Under the pieces are notes generated by a model that saw only the letters and a program-made list of their open reading frames with translations, made no database searches and was not told the DNA's origin. From Hypanus sabinus (lineage: Eukaryota): 64,000 bases of DNA. Numbering within the stretch: the stretch's first letter is position 1; each line of letters begins with the position of its first letter. Of this stretch, positions 12,683 through 25,900 are shown piece by piece. The translations under genes and the position numbers were made by a program. Location of the stretch: contig NC_082727.1 of the NCBI RefSeq assembly GCF_030144855.1, positions 36,208,001 through 36,272,000 of the forward strand, read 5' to 3'.

Positions 12683-13877
12683 TAAAATCTTTAATAACTG
12701 CCTTGGAAAGGCCATTATCCAAGTTTCCACTCTCTGGGAAGTTGCTGCTGTGCCTGAGTGGGTAGTGGAAAGCTTCACTGGCAAATCTGTGAGTTAAAAA
12801 CATGGCCGATAATATGTGAGAAAAGCCCTGAGGAAACTAATCCTCTGAAGTCTCAAGTGAGCTTTTCTGGCCACCTTGCAGACTCGCAGTCCCCATCTTA
12901 TGAAATGATCAAATCACATCCAATTAAGTGGCATGGGAATATGTCTAATGTAAGATATAGGCCTCTTTCAACATGATTCCATACATTAAAAAATAAAATA
13001 TAGCTTTTTCCACAGGATTTCCCAATGCTGCAATTCTTTAACTAAATTGGGGATTTCCTTCAGCTACTTCTTTTACGATATCTGAAAGTTAAGAAGTGCA
13101 GCACAATGTTGGCGCACAAGTTTTGTCCCACGGTATCATTCAACAGTTTATTGGTTGTTGTTCCCAGCTCTCTCAGAAATACTAGATCCATCACTCATCA
13201 TATTCACTCCCTGGGCTCTCTCTTCCACTGGGAATCAGGTCATAGTTCACAGGCCCATTGGAATCCAGAATTTCCCCTGCAGTTTCCATTCTTTCTTTCT
13301 GATTCCCCATTAATTTCCCTTACACCTCATTCTCCTCTCTTCCTGCAGCAAAACTCCATCACAGACGTTTCACAACCTCCTTTTCCTCATTCATTCATTC
13401 CTTTCTCCTCAGTCAGCCCAGTCCTGATTTCACAGATGTCTCATGGGAAAGATTCCATTCTGATTTCAGAGGTGAGCTCAGTGTCGGAGGCTCTCTGTTC
13501 CTGAATCTCCACATGTTCTTCAGCAGACTCCCTGTGTCACCTGCCTGCTACCTCAATGCCCATGATGTCTATAAGTCACATCCCCACTGAGCAGAACTAA
13601 TGAAAGCTATAACATAGGGAGGAGATCGTTACAGAGTGAGAGCAATGATGGATAACAGTGGGTTAAAGTCTGAACTCTTCTGGATTGCTTGGGGGAGATA
13701 TTAAATAATTCCTGTAAACCATCAAAGATTGTTGGAATATTATTGAAAAGTCTAACTAGTTGTCAGGATTAGCATGTAAAGGGTTTAATCTGGGTGATGT
13801 TGGTGTTAAGATTTCCTGCTTTAAAGATAGTAGATTATTGTGACCAATTCAATTCTCAATGAAGGAGCAGATTTGCC

Positions 13878-13903
13878 AGTTTCAGTTTCCAGTTTCACTT
13901 TCC
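13878..13903 (+). promoter_or_regulatory. Tandem ISREs of IFIT-A
   Basis: AGTTTCAGTTTCC followed by AGTTTCACTTTCC; both match AGTTTCNNTTTCC and lie ~70 bp upstream of the TATA box. Confidence 0.9.
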
Positions 13904-13970
13904 TTTCCACAGTCAATAAATCATAAACTCGGACCAGCCCCCGTCACACAACTGGGACCAGCCCCCAGAT

Positions 13971-13977
13971 TATAAAA
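13971..13977 (+). promoter_or_regulatory. TATA box of IFIT-A
   Basis: TATAAAA between the ISREs and exon 1; conserved in paralog B. Confidence 0.8.
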
Positions 13978-14053
13978 GTTACCAGAAACCCACAAATTGA
14001 ACAGCCACATAGCTTTTCAACTCGTCTGAAGTGTATCTGCAATCCCAATCTGC

Positions 14054-14061
14054 ATGATGAG
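14054..14061 (+). CDS. IFIT: IFIT-A coding exon 1 (ATG ATG AG)
   Basis: ATGATGAG|GTGAGT is a consensus phase-2 donor. It joins C at 16587 to give Ser, the typical IFIT micro-exon. Confidence 0.85.
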
Positions 14062-15179
14062 GTGAGTAAACCCTTCCCTTACCACGATGTTATTAGAAGT
14101 CTCAGAAAATGCCATTAGTGTCAGCACTTTACTTGATCCTGGGAACTCGGACTACTGGGAGTTAGTGGGGGAGGTGAAGAACATGAGAGTACTCATGTTC
14201 ATGAGTACTTATTTTTTTCTTCCCAGGAAATGATGATTTGAGGCAAGGTTTGTAGTCCAGTCCCTGAAATGGACAGAATTCATGAGGAGAGTGAATAAGT
14301 AAACATGTTCTCCATTTCAAGGAATCTGTATTGGGGAAATGACTTTTCATCAGCAAGAGCATTCAGTAATAGTACACTATATATTGAAGTTTATAGATGT
14401 CACTAAGTGATGCAGTGAGCAGAGCAGATAGGGATTAAGAACTACAAAGTATCAATGATGGTTAATGCAGGTGAAGCAACTGCAGAATCTGGAGTTCAGG
14501 ATAGGGAAATGTGGACAAGTTTGGAATTGTAGAGGAGCAGTGAAACAGAAGGAAATTATTAAACCCAGTGAATGAAAATCGAAGTTAATGGGGGTAAGTG
14601 AGTCTTTAATTAGAAGAAGAGCTGGAGATCTAAACTGGAGCTTTGGTTAAATTATCTTTGGGGTTAGTTTTGATCGCCATATCTCAGTAATGATGTGTGC
14701 CAGTAGGCACAGTGACACATCCTATAGTATACGGGATTGGCAGCATTAAAATAGGCTGTCAGGTTTTGCAGCTGGACTGATATTTGCTTGACCGAAGGAC
14801 ATTTAGAAAGACCATACCGTTTAGCAGGCTAAATAATTTGATGAGTTTGACAAGGGAAGGACATTGCAATAGGTCATAATCTTAATTTTAGCGTTCATCC
14901 ATTCAAGGACAATGTCAGTTAACAGAATTGCATCGAGGGGAGAGGGGAAACTTCACAATCAGAGTTTTGCCCAGCAATCTCCTGACCTCAGTTTTTGACC
15001 ACCAACTACTGATCTGCCAGTAACATGATCCATCTGTTGTGTGCAGCCCTAAAAGGACCTCATAGTCTTCATCCTATCCCTCCTCCAATCGATTGCCCAG
15101 TATCCCTTCTTGTCCATGGACTGACCAATTATCATTTCCCAAACTAATATTCTTTCACAACCCTGGCCACCAATCAGTT

Positions 15180-15672
15180 TATAATGTGGCAGCACCTCAA
15201 TGCATAAAAGTTTGCAGAAATGGTCAAAAGTTTTAGGTATTGTTCAGATCAAACTTCAGAATGGGGAAGGGATATGATCTAAGTGACTTTGACTGTGCAA
15301 TGATTGTTGGTGCCAGATGGAATGGTTTATGATTCCCAGAAACTGCTCATCTCCTGGGATTTGCAAGTAAAACAGTCTCCAGTGTTTACAGACAATGGTG
15401 CAAGCAATGAGAAACATAGAATGAGCAGAGGTTCTGTGGGTGAAAGCACCATGTTATTGAGAGAGGTCTGCTGAGGAGAAAGGCAATAGGTGTTCAAACT
15501 GACAGGAAAATGACCATTACATGTAACAAGAATAGTGTGCAGAAGATCATCTCTGAATGCATAACATCTCAAAACTTGAAGTGCTTTGACAACAGAGGCA
15601 GAGGACCTCAAACATACACTCAGTAGCCATTTATTATGTACAGGAGGTATCGAATAAAGTTGCCACTGAGTG
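15180..15672. mobile_element. Tc1-derived non-autonomous element in the IFIT-A intron (left end lost)
   Basis: TIR-like AATAAAGTTGCCACTGAGTG followed by TA. The orthologous full copy is at 45182-45695 in the IFIT-B intron. Confidence 0.65.
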
Positions 15673-16586
15673 TATATGCTCAGCTGAAATGAAAAAGTTA
15701 CTTGCAGCATGACAAACAAACACATAGCATCATATAAGAAGCATTCACACGAGAAACATAAATCTAAATTACAATTCTCACAAGAAGAACAAAAACAAAC
15801 TAAGCACTCAGTGTTGTTAAACAAGAGTGATGAAAGTTATGTTGATTGATTCAAGAACTGAATGGTTGAAGGGAAGTAGCTGTTCTTGAACATGATGGTG
15901 CAGGATTCCAGACTTCTGTACCTTCTGTCTGATGGTAGTTGAGACCATGGCGTGTCCCAGATGATGGATGTTGTCTTCTTCATTTAAACTGCATACTGAT
16001 CATATTTTCATAGCATCAGCAGTAGCTTTAGGCTCTTCCTTGAGACTTTTGGTCACAGTTTCACTATTGGCGTTTTTGTCTGATGATGGGTTTCATCTGT
16101 TGGAGACATTGGCTGATCAGCCTTGCTACCAATTGCTTCTGAAATTTACCAGCCATGTACTCAGATAGAGAGACAAATGACTGAGATGGTGTCACAAAGA
16201 TGCTCTTTACTTTCATTTTCCCAGCTACTGAGTTAATAATCTGCTGGACTGGCCCAAATTAGAATGTAAATATATTCTGCTCTATTGCATGATTTAAAAC
16301 ACATTCCTTCAACATCATCTGAACATAACAATTATTTTTATCTGGCTGTCTTGGCTTATTGGTTGGTATTTCCAGAAGCCAGAGGATTTCCACTGGCCTA
16401 ATCAGCATCTGGTAGAATCTGGTCTGACCAGGTAGAGATTGAACTGTTCTGCACACATCGGTCTCTGACTATGCCCCAGCTCAGGAACTCAGAATTTGCT
16501 AATTTTGTCAAACTAAGTATATAGCAGTTAGGATGGAGAATTGATTTCACATCAATAATTTTCAATTACTTTGTGCTTTCATATAG

Positions 16587-18039
16587 CAACACTCTGAAGG
16601 AATCCCTGTTTGAGAAACTCTGCCAGCTTCAGTGTCACTTCACATGGGTTCCACAGAAGGACAACATTGACTTCAGAGATTTGAAGCTTAGATTACAAGA
16701 TTCTATAAAACTTGATGTAAAATATCAAGCCTCATCCTACAACCATCTTGCTTTTGTGAACTGTCAGCAAGGTGACTATGAAGAAGCAATTCAAAATTTA
16801 AAGGAAGCTGAAAAGATTTGGAGAGAGAACCACGAAGATGAATTTGAAAGAAGAAGCATCATCACCTATGGAAACTTTGCCTGGGTGCATTACCACATGG
16901 GACAACTGACTGAGGCCCAATCCTACCTCGACAAGCTGGAGATGATCTGTAAACCGCTCAGTGACGGCCCTCACTATACAGCAATGATACCCCAGGTGTA
17001 CGGGGAGAAGGGATGGTCACTGTTAACTTTTGGTAATATTGTTTACTATGAGGAGGCAAAGGAATGTTTTGAGAAGGCTTTGGAGGAGGATTCCAATAAT
17101 GTGGAGTGGAATATGGGCTTTGTGACTGCTGTTTATCGTCTGGAAACAATTTCAGGTGTTTCAGAGAATCAGGAGCAGAATCAATGTGTGAAGTATCTGC
17201 AACGGGTGCTGGAGCTTGACCCAGATGACACGGTGGCCATGGTTATGTTGGCCCTAAAACTGCAAGAGTTCAATGAAGCAGAGAAAGCAAATGAATTAGT
17301 TGAAGAAGCATTGAGGAAGTCCCCAGATTTGCCATATGTGCTTCGCTATACAGCAAAATTTTATAGAATAGCACGAGCTTTCGATATCGCAATAGGCCTG
17401 TTGAAGAGAGCTTTAGAGCTTACTCCATGCTCTGCCTTCTTACACCACCAAGTTGGTATGTGTTACAGAGGAAAACTGTTCACTCTGAAAAAGAAAGCAG
17501 ACTACAACTATCCTGGCAGAGCTGTATTTCAACAGAAAGCTGAGTTGATCAGGATGTGCAAATATCATTTAGAAAAGGCATTTCAACTGAAATCATCATT
17601 TATTTTTGCAAAACTGGATTTTGCAGGAATCTGCTTAGAAAATGGAGAACTAGACCGAGCAGAGGAGATCTACAACAGTCTGCTGAGCTTGAAGGATCTT
17701 GCTCCAGATAATAAGCAAGCACTAGTTTTACAAGTTGGATTATTTGAACTGTACCACAAAAGATCTGAATCAAACGCCATCACCTATTTACTGGACGGAC
17801 TTAAAATCCATCCTGGAAGTAAAAATTGGAAGTTCTGTGACAGTAACTTGAGAAAGATTTTAAGAAGCCAAATTAAGAGAAATCCAAGAAACAGCAAAGC
17901 CTTTGGTGTTCTTGGATTAGTGCACCAGCTGGCTGGGGAGAAGGCTGAGGCTATTAAATGCTTTGAAATGGCCTTAGAATTTGATCCCGGCACTGAAGAA
18001 CATCTCACAGCTCTTAGTGAATTATGTCTTTCTACATAG
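16587..18039 (+). CDS. IFIT: IFIT-A exon 2: interferon-induced protein with tetratricopeptide repeats (IFIT5/IFIT1-like), ~485 aa spliced
   Basis: Acceptor TTTCATATAG|C. IFIT signatures QLQCHFTW, TYGNFAWVHYHMG, EKGWSLL, AKECFEKAL, PYVLRYTAKFYR, FLHHQVGMCYR. Uninterrupted ORF to TAG. AATAAA at 18342 is conserved in B (48505). Confidence 0.95.
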
Positions 18040-19633
18040 TCTCTAGATATCCAACTGGATCCAGGGGCACTGTGATCGTTGAAAGGTCTCTCCTCAATGC
18101 ATTTGTTTCTCCCTTCTATTCTCCAATTTCCACCTGAATTGTAGTGAGATTATTTCAGATGCATCTGATGTTCTGGCTATATCAGTAACACTAGCATGTA
18201 AATCGCTTTAATTTCCCTGGTTATTACTGAATGGGTCCAGTTTCTGCTGGAGTTGATTGCTAGCCCAGCAAATTCTGGGTAAAACTGATTTTTGCGTGAC
18301 GGCACCAAATAAGAAGTGCCATCTCATTCAGTTTCTATGTTAATAAAGCTTGGTCTGAAAGAAAATGAAATGATTTATAAAATACCCCGATAACAAAGGA
18401 GAATACTGTACTTCGTTTTTCCCAAATAAGCCATAACCAATTATGACCCAGTTATGCAGCATGTTCTATATTCCAGTTTACAGTTGAGATCGATTACAAT
18501 AAACTTTTCATACTCTCTTACACTATTTGCTTTTAATAATTCTATTCTAAGCAATTTTAATTTGCTTGTCAAAATATTCCAGATGAAATCTTTGAAACTT
18601 GTAGTAGAGTCTATGAACAGTGTTGGATTACTTGCCGCATCAATGAGTTAAATCTTTATGCAATTTACGGTGAAAAAGCACTAAAGTTGACTCAAGATGT
18701 TAAAAATATTAAAATATTATGCTATAAACGCAGAAATTTCTGGTAACTTTTAGCAGATCGTTAAGTATCCATGGAAGAGAAAACAGATTATTTTTCAGAT
18801 TGAAGAAAGAGATGCCGCCTGACCTGCTGTACATTTTTTCAGAATTTTTAGTTAAGGATTCTGATTTACAATGTTTGTAGTTTTTAAATTAAATTTTAAT
18901 TAAAAAGCTTATTGCTATTAATGTATATGTCTTTCAATATTGTTAAGTATGCTGCAATATCAGAAACCGTGTATTAAAGTAACCCATAAAGTGTTATGAT
19001 TTAACTCTGCACACCAGTAGTGAAGTGTGAGTGATTTTCTTGCTGCACACTATGGCGAACAGTATCAGTTCAAGGAACATTTAAGGAATTTTCACTCCAG
19101 CCTTTAATGCCAATAATAAAGTTAACAATTCCAATTCAGTTAGCAGAGCTGATTGTTCCTGATGTGGTCTTCCCTCATTAAGAAATCTTTTCCAGATGTG
19201 ATGCCCGTCTTGCAGTGCACCTCACTCAGTTCAGCTCATTCAGTCTTGCACTTGTTGTTGCCGACCACTTGAATACTTCATCCCACTCTAACCTGTTCAC
19301 TGTTCTAGCAAAGTTCAATATAAGCTTGAGGAACAACACCTCACCATCTCGATGGCCACATTACAACCTTCAAGAGTCAGGAGGAAAGTTAGATATTATA
19401 GATCAAGCTATTCAAACTTGCATCTGATATTACCACCATACAGCTTTTACCCCCTCTTCTCTGGTAGTGCAGATTGCATTTGTGTTTTCCTATTGCACCT
19501 CCTACAGACTCAACAACAAATTTATCACTGCAGTTTACTAAGTTTCCATGTGATCCCTTCTCGTTCTTATGAGTGCTGGACGATGCAATCTCTGGGGTGA
19601 ACTTAGTTAATGCTTGTTTCACTCCCTTTATGG

Positions 19634-19713
19634 CAGGGGCTCCCAATCTGCGGTCCACAGACCCCTTGCTTACTGGCAGGACTCCATGACACAAAAAAGG
19701 TTAGGAACCCCTG
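19634..19713. mobile_element. 80-bp hAT-type MITE
   Basis: TIRs CAGGGGCTCCCAA / TTAGGAACCCCTG with an imperfect 8-bp TSD (CTTTATGG / CATTATTG). Confidence 0.6.
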
Positions 19714-19967
19714 CATTATTGCAAGTGCATCCAGTCTTTGGTCTGGAGACCAAAACAATACTTCAGACAAAGTCTCACCAACACTATCAGTCTGTAATCA
19801 TTGGCAGAGATTCCAATGGCAGAACAGACCTTGTGTGTAGAGCTGTGGCTATGCATTGATCAGTTGTGTCAATAGGCGAACTTTAAGGGTCCAGTTTGGG
19901 TGGGAGTATGCTGCAGATGTAGTCTTTGACCAGTCTCTCAAAGCATTTGCTTAATATTGAGGTGAGC

Positions 19968-22900
19968 TTTGCAAGCCACGATATCCAGCGTCGAGACCTT
20001 TACTTGTGAAAATCTAAAGCATCCACATGTAAAACATGTCAAATTATCGATATTCCCGAGTCGCCAACAAGCATAAATGAATTCACATGGATATTGTAAA
20101 TTAATGCTCACCTTTCCTCACCCAGCCCAGTAGCTCTGGGGGAACTTGATCCCAAAGCCCCACCAGCGCCTGCAGCAGGAAGCAAAATGATCTTCCTGCT
20201 ATCTCGCGCTATCCCGGTGTAATGATGTCACCATCACCACTTAAAGGCACAGACAACTATTCTAGCATTACCCGGATGAATGCCTGAGTACACTTTTTAA
20301 CAATAATGAATAGCATTCAATGGTCGCCCGGTTACATTCTCCCCTGCATTCAAGTAATCATCCTCGATTACTCTCAAACTACAAGGGTACTTTTATTCTC
20401 CTTGACTGCTTCTCTAAAGAGAACTGAACTAAGACTAGCCGGTATCTCAGACACTGCTGCCGGACTTATAGAGGCCTCAGCAAGGACTGACCTTGGTTCG
20501 TGATGAGGGTGAGGGTGCTGTCCAGCATTTACTCATTTACTCCTGTGGGGTGCTGCCCCAGGAGGGCTACCGACCTCTGCCCCTGCGTTAGTCGTCATCA
20601 GCTCTCCAGTCTCAGTCCCAGGACGTGTCATATTTTTGGAAGATATACTTTCTGGGCTAGGGTCAAGGCTTTGTACACACTGTTCTGACGTATCTTCTAC
20701 CACTATCACACCATTTTCTGAATCCTCAGAATCTGAGTCCTGCCCCAGGGGTGAGTGGGCCTGAGTTACTTGAGTTTGTAATCTCCTTTGGGGAGCTGGA
20801 GTGGGTTGGTTCTCACAGAGCCTGATGTCTACCTGAAGCCTGTACACCCTCTTGCTAGGCCCACCCTCCCAAGGTTCCACAGTGTATGTGTTGCCCAGTA
20901 CCTATACCACCCTGCAGACGGTTGGGTTCCAAGCATCCTGGATCTTATTACGGCCTGATGGTCTGTTCCTCAAGTAAACCAGCACATTCGCATCAACTCT
21001 GGGCAATAAACTTTGTCTTCCTGCCAGGCAATGCGTTCTGCTGCCTTCTGTTGAGAATATTCTTTTGCTCTGGCATGTGCATCCCTCAGTCGGCTCTGGT
21101 GTACAGGTAGCCAGTCATGTTTCCAGTCCACAGTCTGTTCTTGCCCCAGCAGAGCATCCACGGGCAAGTGGGGATCCACCCCAAATAACAGACAATAAGT
21201 TGAATACCCGGTTTGTGGCGTGAGGTGTCGCATTATATGCATACACCAACTCAGGTAGATGTTCTGGCCATCTGTGCTTCTTTCCTGGAGGCAGCTTAGG
21301 CAGCAAATCATGCATCGTCCTGTTGAAATGCTCACACTGAGCGTTGCCAGTAGGATGATGAGGTGTGGTATGGTTCTTCTTTACTCTGTATAGTTTGCAA
21401 AGCTCAACTATGATCTGACTTTCGAAGTTACGGCCCAGGTCAGAATACAATCTCTCAGGAACACCATACTTCATGAACCATTCCTTCAAGAGCAACCTTG
21501 CTGGGTATCTGCCTTTTGATCCCAAGTCAGAAATGTTTGAGTGAATTTAGTGAAAACGTCCGTGACCAATAAGACATTCTCACACCCGTCAGTTGCCGGA
21601 TCCAACACAGTGAAATCTACAGCTACAACTTCAAGCGGCCTGGAAGCCAGAAATGACTTCATGGGGGGATGGATCCTAGGCTGCAGCATCTTAGTTAGCA
21701 CACAACGTGGACAAATTTTGATCCACTGTGCCACATCCTTGTGTATGCCCACCCAAAAACATAGGCTTCTCAACAACAGCAGAGTGCGTTCTATGCCTTA
21801 ATGGCCCATGGAGTGATGTACGTACTCTAAAACTTTGCTCCTCAAGCTGATAGGTACCAGAACTGGTAACATTCCCCAAGCTTCTCATCCTCAACTACCC
21901 TATACAGTAACCCTTTACGCACCCTGATACTGTCCCAGTGCTTTAACAGAGACAAGACAGGTTTAGGCAGAGTTTTACGCTCCTGGCCACTTGGCTTTTT
22001 TTTTCTGATCCTATAAGTCTCTTAGGACACTGAACACAGGGTCTTGTTGCTGAAAAGTATGCAACTCCCCATTAGAATAACCTGGGAGGGTTGGAGCGTT
22101 CCCTTGGATTGGACCACTTACATCACTAGTACCAGCTTCCCAGGCTCAAATCTGCTTAACCCTACAACTGCTAAGATCAGCGGTAACCAGTGCCAGATCA
22201 AGCGCAATGCCGCGATTGATCAAACTACAGATCGCCACAGACACATCAAACTCCGCACCTTCTGAGACAGTCTCAGGCTCCCCAGCAAATGGCTGCTTAG
22301 AGAGTGCATCAGCCATGATATTGCTCTGACCCGGACGATCCTGGACATCAAAATCAAACGCTGACAGCTGTGACATCTATCTCTGCTCCACCACTCCCAC
22401 TTGGCAGTTTTCAAGTGGGATAAGGGGTTATTGTCAGTGATTACAGTGAATTAGGAACCCAACAAGTATCCACAACTCCAATTTCATGCTGCTATAATTC
22501 CCATCATTCTTTTCAGCATTCCTTAATCGCCAGCTTGCAGATGCAATAGCCCTCTTTGCCTCTCCCTGCTGTTGGTATAACACAGCTCCTAGCTCATGAT
22601 TGCTACCATCGGTCTCCACTATAAACAGCTGGGAGAAATCGGCGAAACAAATGATCGGGTAACTGGTCAGTTTCTCTTTGAGCAAGTCAGAGGCAGTTTG
22701 ACAGTCTTCCGTCCAAGACTGTTGTAACAGCCGGTTTGTTTTACTTGGACTCCCTACATTAGTACACAAATTCATTACATCATGCAGTGGACCTGCAATC
22801 TTTGAGAATCCCTGAATGAATCGTCGATAACAACTGCAAAAGCCAAGAAACGATCTTAAGTCATTGACTGTAGATGGTACTGGCCACTGCTGGACAGCTG

Positions 22901-25900
22901 AGACCTCCTCAGGATCTGTGCCTATCCCCTGGGCTGATATCTGGTGTCCTAAGAACCTGACCTCTGACTGCAGAAAATGACACTTCTCCAATTTTACCTA
23001 TAGATCAGTCTCCTTGAGGCGCTTAAGCTAGTGTCGAGCCTCTCCAAATGTTCCTGGAAACTCTGTGAATACACCAGAATATTATTCAAGTACACAAGCA
23101 TGATTTGGAAAACTAAGTCATTCACGGTTTCCTGCATGAGCCTTTGAAAAGTCGCCAGTCCATTACAGACCCCAAATGGCATACAAATTTATTCATACAG
23201 ACCAAACGGGGCTGAAAAAGCAGTCTTATGCCTATTATACTCCTCTCTTGCCATTTGGTGGAACCACTCGCGAGGTCTATTATCGAGAAAAATTGCAGCT
23301 CCCCGCAGGGCATCAAAACTCTCATCAATACGCGGGAGCGGGAACGTGTCCTTTCTGGTCTTAAGATTCAGTCTCCGATAATCTGATGCTACCATCAGCC
23401 TTCCGGACCAACACCACCGGTGAGGCATATGCACTGTTGCTCTCCTGAATCACACCCTTATTCATCAACTTCGAGATGTGCTCTTTCACTTCATTGTATT
23501 GATTCAACGGAATGCAACGGTATGGCTGTGAAATAGGCTTGTTATCAATTAACTGAATTTCATGCTTGACTCTGTCAGTGTACCCAAGGTCTTCCTCTTC
23601 ATCTGCAAAGATATCCAGGTACTTAACCAGTAAAGCTGTTAGCTGAGCTTGTTGTCCTTCACTACCTCCAATTTCAAGCTTGTCTAGAATTGACTCTAAC
23701 TTGTGATTACTACACTCCTCCTTTATACCCACTGACACATGATCAATGCCAGCTGAGATCCGCTGAAACCTTACGCACATTGTGGATCACTATCCACGCA
23801 CTCCAGCTTTGACAGGATACCCAGCTGGGTCCCAGGTGCAAGCCATAAATCCTCCCTTTTTAAAATTTTTTATTTATTTATTAAATTTGAAAGAGAATTG
23901 CATAAAACTAATAGAATATTAGAATAGTGAAAAATTAATATTGGCGCTTCCCCCTCCCCTTAACCCGCCCCCCCTTAGATCCCTATCTGAAAAAAAAAGA
24001 AAAAAAAAAGAAAAAGGAAAGAATGAAAAAAGATAGAAAGATTGCCTGGATATCGGAGGATCCCCACATGCTCCATGGAGTTCAAAATAACTTTAGTTTT
24101 TATTTTCCCCAAATAACTTATAACTTTATCTTCAAAGGACCTCTATATTTAATTCTATCTTTTGTAGATAGGGGTGCCAAATTTTCAAAAATATATCATA
24201 TTCATTTCTTAAATTATAGGTAATTTTTTCAAGTGGAATGCAGCTATATATTTCATTATTCCAATGATCCATAGTTAAATATGAATCTGATTTCCAAGTA
24301 ACTGCAATAGCTTTTTTGGCTACTGCCAATGTAATTTTTATAAATTTCTTCTGATATTTATTCAATTTAGGTTTTGGTATTATCCCTTCAATATCACCTA
24401 ATAAAAATAATATTGGGCTATGTGAGAGTTGTATTCCAATAATTTGTTCTAGTAAAAGTCTTAAATTTATCCAAAAAGGTTGAATTTTAAAACAAGACCA
24501 AGTAGAATGTAAAAAGGTACCAATTTCTTGATTACATCAAAAACACTGGTCAGATAAATTTGAATTTAATCTATTTATTTTCTGTGGTGTTATATATAAT
24601 TGATGTAAAAAATTATATTGCACTAATCTAAGTGGGACATTTATTGTATTTATCATACTATCAAGATATAGTCTTGACCAATTTTTTTCATCAATTTTAA
24701 TATTCAAATCAGTTTCCCATATTTGTCTTGATTTATGAATTCCTGGTTTAATTGTCTGTTTTTGAATCAAATTACACATACAAAATGTAATTTTTAAAAC
24801 TTTTCCTTTTTGAATTGAGATTTCTATTTCATTAGGTTTTGGCATTAACATTGTTTGACCCAGTTTATCTCGTAAATAGGCCTTTAATTGAAAATAACAG
24901 AATAGAGTGTTATTTGATATTTTATATTTATTTTTAATTGATCAAACAACATCAATATACCTCCTTCAAAACAGTCACCTATATATCTGATCCCATTTTG
25001 AAACCAGTTATGTAAAATTTGTTTATCCATTGTGAAAGGAATAAGCCTATTTTGAATTAAGGTTCTTTTTGCTAATAAGGATTTCTTTATTTCATCATCC
25101 ATATTTACCTTATTCCATGAATCAATCAAATGTCTTAATATAAGAGATTCTTTCTTTTCCCATATTCATTTGGATTCCCATTTATATATAAAATCTTCTG
25201 GTATATTTTCTCCTATCTTATCTAGTTCTATTCTAATCCATGCCGGTTTTTCTTCATCAAAAAAAGTTGCAATAAATATAAGTTGATTTGCTTTGTAATA
25301 ATTCTTAAAATTTGGAAGTTGTAACCCTCCTAAATCAAATTTACATGTCAATTTTTCCAACGATATTCTTGACATCTTTCCTTTCCAAAGAAACTTCCTC
25401 ACACATTTATTCAATTCTTGAAAAAACTTCTGAGGCAGTTGTATTGGTAATGTTTGGAATAAATATTGTAATCTAGAAAATATATTCATTTTTACAGCAT
25501 TAACTCTACCTATTAATGTTATTGGTAACATCATCCATTTATCAAGATCTTTTATTTTTTTTCAATAATGGCAAATAATTTAGTTTATATAAATTCTTTA
25601 TATCATTATCGACTCTTATACCTAAATACTTTATACCATTTGTTGGCCATCTAAATTGAGTTACTCGTCAACATTGACTATAATCTCCTTTGGTAAGGGG
25701 TAAAATTTCACTTTTATCCCAGTTTACTTTATACCCTGATATTTTCCTATATTCTTCCAATCTAAAAGATAATTTTTGCAATGATTGCAATGGGTTTTTT
25801 AAATAAATCAGAACATCAAATCAAATAATATATCCTCTCTGGAGAGGTTTAAAATCTGTACTGGCACTATCAGATCACCAGAGTCAATGAGTGTCAGAAT

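Noticed and set aside
13049-13058. NF-kB-like GGGGATTTCC upstream of IFIT-A
   Set aside because: Not conserved in either paralogous copy in the B flank, and short enough to occur by chance.
16573-16586. ORF-track GTG starts for IFIT-A (16573) and IFIT-B (46634)
   Set aside because: They lie in the intron acceptor region; the true ATG is in the upstream micro-exon.
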